This document shows positions 8,981 through 16,643 of a stretch of 64,000 nucleotides of DNA, piece by piece. The notes under the pieces are model-generated. The model made no database searches, was not told where the DNA came from, and saw only the letters and a list, made by a program, of their open reading frames with translations. Location: positions 1 to 64,000 of the IMG/VR virus record IMGVR_UViG_3300028549_001137; one strand, given 5' to 3'. This stretch comes from a virus (Duplodnaviria; Caudoviricetes). A program made the translations under genes and the position numbers. Within the stretch, counting starts at the first letter, position 1, and each line of letters opens with the position of its first letter.

Positions 8981-9596
8981 AAAAAAGGCCCTTTCATACA
9001 TAGACTTTTTGTTTTCTTCTAATGATATAATTATATTTATAGGAAAAACCGTTTGTAGTGAAGTTGACGCTGTAGATAGAAAAGGAATTTTATGTTTTAC
9101 CGATGACTCAGTTAATTATCTTTCTGTAGCGCTTGGTATCGCTATGACTACTAATAAACGAGTATTGGTGGTGTGTGAGGATTACACAATCCTAAGGTAT
9201 TTTAGCTCTATACTACAGATAGCTTCTAGTGGGTGTACTAATTTGTTTTTTATTGTGTTGGTCACGGGGGAATACACTTATAGTGGTGGACAACCTACTA
9301 TATTTGGAAGGCTGCGTTCACCAAAAGGCATGTTGTTTAATTCTGGGATGTTGACACATGACTACAATAGTTATTTTAAAAATAAAACTACAGTTAAAAA
9401 TCTACGAAATATTCTAGATCGTACTATGGGACCGGTAATAGGTTTACTTAATATAGATGATAAGAAGATAGTAGGTAGTAATACCATAGACAATAATATG
9501 ATAGAGTTCATAAGGTTCGTTAGAGATGTTTCGGTAGGTACTTCTGCGTTTAGATCACAGAGTGTTTTTGTGTTAGAGTTAAAAAAAGATGTATAG
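8973..9596 (+). CDS. ThDP-enzyme PP-domain protein, ComE / phosphonopyruvate decarboxylase beta-like (degenerate)
   Basis: Likely GTG start at 8973 after GAGGGGG, overlapping the upstream stop. RKKALSYI...SVALGIAMTTNKRVLVVCEDYTIL...NLFFIVLVTGEYTYSGGQPT follows the family pattern, but GDG reads EDY and DN reads VT. Confidence 0.7.
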   Translation: MYRKKALSYIDFLFSSNDIIIFIGKTVCSEVDAVDRKGILCFTDDSVNYLSVALGIAMTTNKRVLVVCEDYTILRYFSSILQIASSGCTNLFFIVLVTGEYTYSGGQPTIFGRLRSPKGMLFNSGMLTHDYNSYFKNKTTVKNLRNILDRTMGPVIGLLNIDDKKIVGSNTIDNNMIEFIRFVRDVSVGTSAFRSQSVFVLELKKDV

Positions 9597-9627
9597 TATT
9601 GAGTTAGTCAATTTGATGGGGGTATAA

Positions 9628-10143
9628 GTGGCACATACATTTGTAAAAAATAGTCTAAGTAACTTAAAAAATGTCAAGGTAAATATTAACTTCTTAAAAT
9701 ATGTTAATAACGGATCTGATGGTGATCCTATATGGATAATAGAGGCTGCCTCTACTTATCCACCAGCCAGTGGAACGAAGATTACCCCTTCATATGTAAA
9801 TAATATAGACACTCTTGAGAATGTAGATGAAGCAATTTCACAAGTTGTTTCTGAGGTTGCTAAACAAATAGATTGGCTACCACTGGTTAGGGATGACTCT
9901 CCGCCATACGTAGTAGAGGTAGGCCCACTAGGTAGTGATGTTTCAATAGCCTCTAATATATATATAGATATAAAGGATGATGCCCCCTCATCTGGAATAG
10001 ACCTATCAGATGTTAAAATTTTTATAAACAACTCCACCATTGATATAGATATTACAGAGCAGTGTATAATAGAAGGGGATCCGTTTTTTTACACTATACG
10101 TTGGGAACCAACACATAGGCTACCAAGACACTATGAAGAATAA
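9628..10143 (+). CDS. Virion protein with C-terminal Ig-like (SbsA/Big_5-type) domain
   Basis: PPYVVEVGP...VSIASNIYIDIKD...GIDLSDVKIFIN resembles the Ig-like unit repeated in the 12654 ORF. Confidence 0.5.
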   Translation: MAHTFVKNSLSNLKNVKVNINFLKYVNNGSDGDPIWIIEAASTYPPASGTKITPSYVNNIDTLENVDEAISQVVSEVAKQIDWLPLVRDDSPPYVVEVGPLGSDVSIASNIYIDIKDDAPSSGIDLSDVKIFINNSTIDIDITEQCIIEGDPFFYTIRWEPTHRLPRHYEE

Positions 10144-10155
10144 GGAGAAACTACA

Positions 10156-11409
10156 ATGTCAGGTACAAATATAAACTTAACTAAGCCACATGTAATGTTC
10201 AAAGAAGGGTACTTTTACATGTTTGATGATGATACCGGGATGCTTCTCCAAAAAACAGATGACGGTATAACTTCATTTTCATACCCATTAGATAATCTTT
10301 TATCTAAAGTTGTCGTATCTGCTGAATATGATGGTGTAAATTTTTGGAGTATGGAGGTTGGGGATACTACTGGAACTTTAGTTATAAAAAGGTGGCGGAT
10401 TGAAAACTATATCTGTAAGTTACAAGAAACAGTGCCGATAGTTAGTCCATCACATGTATTTAATTCTACAGCATTTACTGTGGAGCATTATCACTGCACT
10501 ATTAATGGTAGTTATTCAGTTGGTAGTACTATTATAAATGTAAATGGTACATTAAATTCACCGGATGATTTACCAGGGGAATTATTACCTGGTATGACTG
10601 TGACTATTGGGCCTAATATATTAGGTAAATTTGAGACAATTAATGTTCAGTATGTGGATGGTAATGAGATAACACTTACCGACCCTTTAGAAAATGCTTA
10701 TTCTAATACAGATAATTTATTATTTTATAATAACTTTTGGTTGTTCAATAATGCTAATGGGACAGATATAAATAACGCTGCTTTGTATAAAATAAGTGCT
10801 TATTCTGGTTCTGTATTGGCTACATTCCCAAGCGCAATATATACAGATATAAAAGCCACAACATTTTCAGAAATATCGCATTTTGATGCTATAGGTACTG
10901 TTAATGCTTTATTATATGTTAAAGCTACTAATTTATTGTTTGTTAATATTAGATCCGCAACATTAGAATATTATGGCTCAATGACTATGGATAATATAGA
11001 CACGGATCAACTTAATGTATTTGATGTTTATGACTTATTTGTACGAGATCATGATGTATTTCGTTTACAACTTATAGCTACTTATTTTGCGCAGACAGAG
11101 GCTTGGTCTCGTTACAATTACCAACCAGCCACTTTTAATACCATGGTTAGTTCAATAGGGCTTACTGCCAGTCCTAATGTATTGGCAGCTAATGGAATAA
11201 GTACATCTACTATAACAGCCAGGGTAAGGGATCAATTTTCTCAGCCGGTACAAGGAAGATTAGTTTATTTTGAAACTGAGGGTGATGGTGTAATAGTAGA
11301 TGGTCAGGAAATAGTTAATAGCGATCAGAATGGAGAGGCCGTTACGACTTTTAGATCAGGAATTGTAGCTGAATTAGCTGTTGTTTTAGCAAGAGTTGAT
11401 CAGGTATAA
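10156..11409 (+). CDS. Virion protein with C-terminal Big_1 (invasin/intimin-type Ig) domain, paralogue 1
   Basis: LTASPNVLAANGISTSTITARVRDQFSQPVQG..V.F...SDQNGEAVTTF is a classic Big_1 pattern. Confidence 0.65.
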   Translation: MSGTNINLTKPHVMFKEGYFYMFDDDTGMLLQKTDDGITSFSYPLDNLLSKVVVSAEYDGVNFWSMEVGDTTGTLVIKRWRIENYICKLQETVPIVSPSHVFNSTAFTVEHYHCTINGSYSVGSTIINVNGTLNSPDDLPGELLPGMTVTIGPNILGKFETINVQYVDGNEITLTDPLENAYSNTDNLLFYNNFWLFNNANGTDINNAALYKISAYSGSVLATFPSAIYTDIKATTFSEISHFDAIGTVNALLYVKATNLLFVNIRSATLEYYGSMTMDNIDTDQLNVFDVYDLFVRDHDVFRLQLIATYFAQTEAWSRYNYQPATFNTMVSSIGLTASPNVLAANGISTSTITARVRDQFSQPVQGRLVYFETEGDGVIVDGQEIVNSDQNGEAVTTFRSGIVAELAVVLARVDQV

Positions 11410-11421
11410 TTATATATTAAT

Positions 11422-12639
11422 ATGTCTGCTGATAACATAAATTTTCCTAGAAATCATATGGCAGTTCGTGATGGGTATTTTTATTATTTTGATGAGAGGA
11501 ATAATACTTTAAATAAGAAAGTAAGTGATGGCAGTTCTGTACTTATTTATCCACTTACTACATCTTTAGGCTTAAATCAAGTAAACGCTATAGAATATGA
11601 TGGTACGTTTTTTTGGACACTTCAGACCGGAGACACTAATGAAGATGTGGTAATAAAAAAATGGTTGATAGAGGATTTTGTATGTACGTTAAACGATTCA
11701 ATAGAGTTAACACATAATACTGATCATAAATTTAATTGCCCAGCATTTTCTTTAGAGTATTACAATACTACTTTGTCTAATGAAGTGCTACACCATTCAT
11801 CAGAAGTGACATTAAATGATTATACTGAAAAGATAACTCCTGGTACTGTACTTTCACTAGGTCCCAACAATTTAAATCAGTATGAAGAAGTGACAGTTAC
11901 AGGAACATTACCTGGAACTGGAAGGTTCGGATTAGATTTCTACATTCGTAATTCTTATGAAGTTGGTAATGAGGTGGTTTTTGCTAAAAGTGTTTGGCTA
12001 GTTAATCATTTTTTATATTCAGATGTTGGTGGTTCTTTATACAAAATAGCACTGCCATCTAAAGATATTTCTCTTATTATCCCATATGAGGATTTGAGTT
12101 TTGTAAATTCGTGTTGTTTTTACAATACTGAAGACGTTCAATATTTAGTATTTGTAATAGGTACCGTAGTTAGGTTTTTTAATTTAGACACTTTAATAGT
12201 AGATAAATCTATGTTTATTGATAATGTAAAGACTGATCAAACAACTGTTATAGTAGTACATGATTTAAAAATAGCAGAGGGTTCTTTGTTTAGATTACAG
12301 ACAAGTGCAACTTATTTTGGTAAAGATTCTGTGTTTTCAAACTACAACTATCAATGCTCCCCGTTAAGATCGTTTGTAGACTCTGTCACTATAGATGTTA
12401 ATCCAAAAATATTACCTAGTAACGGTTTCAATGTTTCCGATATCACTTCATTTGTTAAGGATCAATACTCAAGGCCGTCTAAGATTAAACCTGTGACTTT
12501 TATTGATGATGATCCTGTAGGCTTTATTACAACTGTGAACACATATACTGATACAAATGGCAAAGCTGTTTCATCTTATAAAGCAGGTGTAGTTCCTGGT
12601 ATTGTAACTATAACTGTTACTATTACTCAGTATGATTAA
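11422..12639 (+). CDS. Virion protein with C-terminal Big_1 domain, paralogue 2
   Basis: Collinear with the 10156 ORF (NINF..H...DGYFY.FD; EYDG..FW; KxW.IE; GPN..N.YE); ends in VNPKILPSNG...VKDQY...TDTNGKA. Confidence 0.65.
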   Translation: MSADNINFPRNHMAVRDGYFYYFDERNNTLNKKVSDGSSVLIYPLTTSLGLNQVNAIEYDGTFFWTLQTGDTNEDVVIKKWLIEDFVCTLNDSIELTHNTDHKFNCPAFSLEYYNTTLSNEVLHHSSEVTLNDYTEKITPGTVLSLGPNNLNQYEEVTVTGTLPGTGRFGLDFYIRNSYEVGNEVVFAKSVWLVNHFLYSDVGGSLYKIALPSKDISLIIPYEDLSFVNSCCFYNTEDVQYLVFVIGTVVRFFNLDTLIVDKSMFIDNVKTDQTTVIVVHDLKIAEGSLFRLQTSATYFGKDSVFSNYNYQCSPLRSFVDSVTIDVNPKILPSNGFNVSDITSFVKDQYSRPSKIKPVTFIDDDPVGFITTVNTYTDTNGKAVSSYKAGVVPGIVTITVTITQYD

Positions 12640-12653
12640 AGGAACTTTTTGAT

Positions 12654-15449
12654 ATGTTTGAAAATATAGAAGTCAACAAACCTAATTTTTGTATTGGCCC
12701 GCAGGCCGGTACTTTTTGTAGTGTAGATACTGGTGCTAACCCTGTGGTTATGTATGTAAAAAATGACAGTGGTGCTTTATTACGGACATATACTTTTACA
12801 CCTACATCTATTATAGATGTAGAACCTTATGACTATCAGACGTACCCAACTCAAAACGAGTTTGTAACCATTCAATATGTAGGTCCTTATAACCAAACAT
12901 CTTTTTTTGATGGTGCTATTTTTTATACATTAGAACGGCAAGGCGTTCTATTTAAGTTTTATAGTGGAGAAACATCTGATTACTATACAGATCCAGATAG
13001 ATATAAATCATTTACTATAGAGCCTATTTTTAATGCCAATATTATTAGACGATGGAGGGTTAATGCGTCTGAATTTACTTTAGAGTTAGTTAGTACAGTT
13101 GTAAAAAATAGCACCGAAGAAGATTGGTTTGATGCTAAAGCCTTTGCGATACAACATACTGTTACAACATTCGCTGAACAATGTTCTGTAGGTACCGGAC
13201 AGATAGAGGTTACAACAACATCAGGACTAAAAAAATATGATACTTTAATTTTAGGTCCTTCTAATGATGAATCTAATTTAGATAGAATTGAGGAGGTCTA
13301 TGTACACTCAATAAATGGGACTACTGTAGAAATTAGGACATATGAAGGTGATGAACCTACTAAATGGGAATATATGAAAGGGGACTCTATAATTTTTTTA
13401 CAGGATATATTATTATTTAGTAATCAACGGCCATTGATTGATCCTTATGCTGAAATGGTTTATGGGGAGGATAACTCGTCCGGTACATTATATACTTTAG
13501 ATCAAACTAATTATGGCAGCATAATGACTTTAGAGCAAGGTTATATATTTACAGATATTACAGCGGCCACATGGAATAGTTTTTACAACGCGCTTAGCTT
13601 TGTTAAAAACTCTAATTTAATTCACATGTTATTGATAGATTATGAGATAATAAAATCACAGGATATACATTTAATAGATCCAGCACAGGATGATTTAATA
13701 GATATTTATGATATAGATATACAAGATTCAACTATATATAAGTTACAACGTAGTATTTTACAACAACAATCAGGTATTTATTTTCAAATAGGTTGGCCCA
13801 CTTATAATTACCATAAAGATACTATCATCCCGTACACTAATTCAGTTACTTTATACGTATCTGAAAGAGTATTAGTTAGCCAAGGTCAGTCATTTATAAC
13901 TGTGGTGGTTAGAGATCAGTTTGGTATTAGCTTACTAAATAAGAATGTTGTGTTTTCATCTGAAGGTGATTTATTTGGCTATCTAACACCGTTGGATGGT
14001 TATATGCAAACAGACGGTAATGGTATGGCTACTATACAGTACGATGCCAGTACTTATTATACTGGACACCAACAAATAAAAGTTGCTGTCGATGGTGGGA
14101 ATATTGCAAATGGGGGTTCGAGTTTACACGCTACTACTAATATTACACAAATAATGTATTATGATACTGGTACATTTATTCCAATATATCTAACAGTAGG
14201 TGGAGATATCAATATAGTTATGTATCGTGTAGTAGATACATCTATAGCGCTACCATCCATTCCTGCATATGTTTTTCCTGGTGGTGTTTTAAAGGATAAT
14301 AGGATGGATGATTGGACAGGTCGTGTTGACCACGTACGCCCTGCTCAAATAGTAACAATGTATAACTTGTTAAAACCAAGTAGTTATACATGGCCTAAGG
14401 ATGCACTATATCCTTTACCATCAGGAATATCACGTTTTAATATAGTAGCTACTAAGATATTTAATGATCTAAAAAGAGAAGGTTTATCGAGAATTCATGT
14501 TGGTGCTTTAATGAGCGCTGAAAAGCAAATAAGTAATAATTTTGTAAGCCGCGCTTTAACTCAAGGACACACGGCTAGTATTTCTTTAGACCAGTACGTG
14601 TTTATTCAAGAGGCCCGCCCAGTTATGTGGTCCGAAAAAAACAATGTGGACACTGACTACTGGATCAGGTTGCGTCCTTTTGCTGCTTCTTTAGATCTGA
14701 CTACTTTAGTAATTAAAATTAAAGAAGTATCGTATTTAGATAACCCTGTATGGGTAGATATTACCTCGTTAGGGACTGCTTTTTTATTTGATGCTGGAGG
14801 CGGCTTATTAGGGATAGATTTTATCTATCGCCCGGAAAATGTGTTTCACGCTAGTGCTATAGTTTATATATCTATTGAGGTGTATGACTCTGCTTTTGTT
14901 CCTAATAAAATAGTACTATCCTATTGGTTCAGCCTAATAGCGGATTATAGAAAACCATATATAATTAATAATTATCCATCTACAGAAGCCTTTGATATAC
15001 CAATAAACACTAAGATAACTTTTGATGCAGTTGATGAGGGCGAAGGGGTAGATATAGACTCTTTAGAGGTGTTTATAAATGGTAGGGCAACTACTTTTAA
15101 TTATGAAGAGTATAGTTGTGGAAACTATCATATTACATGTGAAATTTGCAGGGATTTTTACTATGAGGAAGAGGTTAATGTGGATGTAATTATGACTGAT
15201 AGATCAGCAAATCATAATAGGTCAATAAGTGGATGGAAATTCTATTGTAGTAAAAGTCAAGGCCCATGGTTTGATATGTATAATTCGGATCCTGCTTTAT
15301 GTGTAGAGGGTATTGATAGAAACCATCCCGTATCTTTACAAGTATATGGTATTAACGATACTGGGATTAATTATGAAAGTATTAGATTAGAGGCGGGTGG
15401 TAAATACAGAGATTTAAAAATAACCCCAATAGTATACAGGCTCATTTAA
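12654..15449 (+). CDS. Large virion protein: paralogue 3 with Big_1 plus further Ig-like domains
   Basis: ITVVVRDQFG..LLNKNVVFS...QTDGNGMATIQY (Big_1); KPYIINNYPS..AFDIPINTKITF..VDEGEGVDIDSL (Big_5-like). Confidence 0.6.
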   Translation: MFENIEVNKPNFCIGPQAGTFCSVDTGANPVVMYVKNDSGALLRTYTFTPTSIIDVEPYDYQTYPTQNEFVTIQYVGPYNQTSFFDGAIFYTLERQGVLFKFYSGETSDYYTDPDRYKSFTIEPIFNANIIRRWRVNASEFTLELVSTVVKNSTEEDWFDAKAFAIQHTVTTFAEQCSVGTGQIEVTTTSGLKKYDTLILGPSNDESNLDRIEEVYVHSINGTTVEIRTYEGDEPTKWEYMKGDSIIFLQDILLFSNQRPLIDPYAEMVYGEDNSSGTLYTLDQTNYGSIMTLEQGYIFTDITAATWNSFYNALSFVKNSNLIHMLLIDYEIIKSQDIHLIDPAQDDLIDIYDIDIQDSTIYKLQRSILQQQSGIYFQIGWPTYNYHKDTIIPYTNSVTLYVSERVLVSQGQSFITVVVRDQFGISLLNKNVVFSSEGDLFGYLTPLDGYMQTDGNGMATIQYDASTYYTGHQQIKVAVDGGNIANGGSSLHATTNITQIMYYDTGTFIPIYLTVGGDINIVMYRVVDTSIALPSIPAYVFPGGVLKDNRMDDWTGRVDHVRPAQIVTMYNLLKPSSYTWPKDALYPLPSGISRFNIVATKIFNDLKREGLSRIHVGALMSAEKQISNNFVSRALTQGHTASISLDQYVFIQEARPVMWSEKNNVDTDYWIRLRPFAASLDLTTLVIKIKEVSYLDNPVWVDITSLGTAFLFDAGGGLLGIDFIYRPENVFHASAIVYISIEVYDSAFVPNKIVLSYWFSLIADYRKPYIINNYPSTEAFDIPINTKITFDAVDEGEGVDIDSLEVFINGRATTFNYEEYSCGNYHITCEICRDFYYEEEVNVDVIMTDRSANHNRSISGWKFYCSKSQGPWFDMYNSDPALCVEGIDRNHPVSLQVYGINDTGINYESIRLEAGGKYRDLKITPIVYRLI

Positions 15450-15473
15450 TAAACTAACCTTTTTATATATAAG
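15444..15473 (+). promoter_or_regulatory. Conserved 30-nt upstream motif, putative phage late promoter (copy 1)
   Basis: ATTTAATAAACTAACCTTT is exactly repeated at 20596; both copies are followed by WTATWTATARG and precede a gene start. Confidence 0.55.
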
Positions 15474-15486
15474 ACAAGGAGACCTT

Positions 15487-16170
15487 ATGTCAGAACCAAT
15501 TTTAACATTTCTATATAATTATTCGGATACAGATGCGCCATACACTGGTAATGGTGGGGCATTTGGCGACTGGAGAGAGATACGTTTATCTACAGGATCA
15601 CCTACATTACCGGATAAAAAAGTATATACTGGTGGAGGAATACATCAATCCTTACCAACACCTACTTCTCCGTATGGGAGACGTGAGGCAACAATTAGAC
15701 CTATTATAGGTGTGTATCCTGTACCACAAATTTATATAGAGTCCATGCTGGACAATATAATGTACCATGTACCACTTGCTAGTGGCCAACCAAATACTAA
15801 TAGATATGTATTTGGTGTATATGTAGATGGTTTGATAACTAGCGATCTGTATTTAGAAATGTGGGATGATGTAACTTTTTCTACCCATATTATTACGACG
15901 TTGCATGGGTCAGATAATTACCCACACTCAGTATTTAATGCTATAAGAACTACTAGTAATGCGCCACCTATCAATTGGAGTGGTTATAACGCTGAAGGTG
16001 TTGCTGCTGGTGGAGTGTGCTTAGCAGGTTATGAAAACAGGCTTCGATTAAAGGGAGAAGATAATATACAAAATGAAACTCTATACTATAGTATGTATGC
16101 TGCTATACCATGGGATTTATCTTTTACACACGACCAGCCTGTAGAGGCATATAGATATCTATATATATAA
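15487..16170 (+). CDS. Hypothetical virion protein
   Basis: SD AAGGAG; LYLEMWDD.T.ST resembles RLTAWDDDTHST in the 16644 ORF. Confidence 0.55.
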   Translation: MSEPILTFLYNYSDTDAPYTGNGGAFGDWREIRLSTGSPTLPDKKVYTGGGIHQSLPTPTSPYGRREATIRPIIGVYPVPQIYIESMLDNIMYHVPLASGQPNTNRYVFGVYVDGLITSDLYLEMWDDVTFSTHIITTLHGSDNYPHSVFNAIRTTSNAPPINWSGYNAEGVAAGGVCLAGYENRLRLKGEDNIQNETLYYSMYAAIPWDLSFTHDQPVEAYRYLYI

Positions 16171-16178
16171 GGAGAATT

Positions 16179-16631
16179 ATGGATAAGAGAGTAGAATCAG
16201 TCAGGGATTTAGATGCCATAGATGGTACAATATATGGTAAATATAATAAGGTGAAAATGGTGAATCCATATAAGTCTTATTTTATTGTTCATTATGGTAA
16301 TGGCATCACTCACAAAGGAAATAATCTGTTTGATACCGGTTGGTGTAAAGTAAAACAAGGTGTTAGTTTACTACAGTATAGATTATCAACTGGTCATTTA
16401 ATAACTATTCCTAAATTTAAAGGTTATCTACCTACTATAGAGGTGAGTGAGTCTATGGAGGGGTTTAAACTGTTTCATGCGATTAATGTTAACTGTATTG
16501 GCCATGATAAAATTATAAAGTATAGAATAATTTTAAAAGAAGACAATATAAGTAAATATAAGATAGGAGATATTATAATATCAGAGTCAAACAAAAGAAT
16601 AGAATCGACACAATGGAAAATGTCGGCATAA
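16179..16631 (+). CDS. Hypothetical protein
   Basis: SD AAGGAG; 150 aa; no recognised motif. Confidence 0.6.
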   Translation: MDKRVESVRDLDAIDGTIYGKYNKVKMVNPYKSYFIVHYGNGITHKGNNLFDTGWCKVKQGVSLLQYRLSTGHLITIPKFKGYLPTIEVSESMEGFKLFHAINVNCIGHDKIIKYRIILKEDNISKYKIGDIIISESNKRIESTQWKMSA

Positions 16632-16643
16632 AGGGGAATACTG

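Noticed and set aside
8537-9596. Functional coenzyme M or phosphonate auxiliary metabolic genes
   Set aside because: ThDP/Mg-binding motifs are eroded and no comABC or pepM genes are present here, so a working pathway is not supported.
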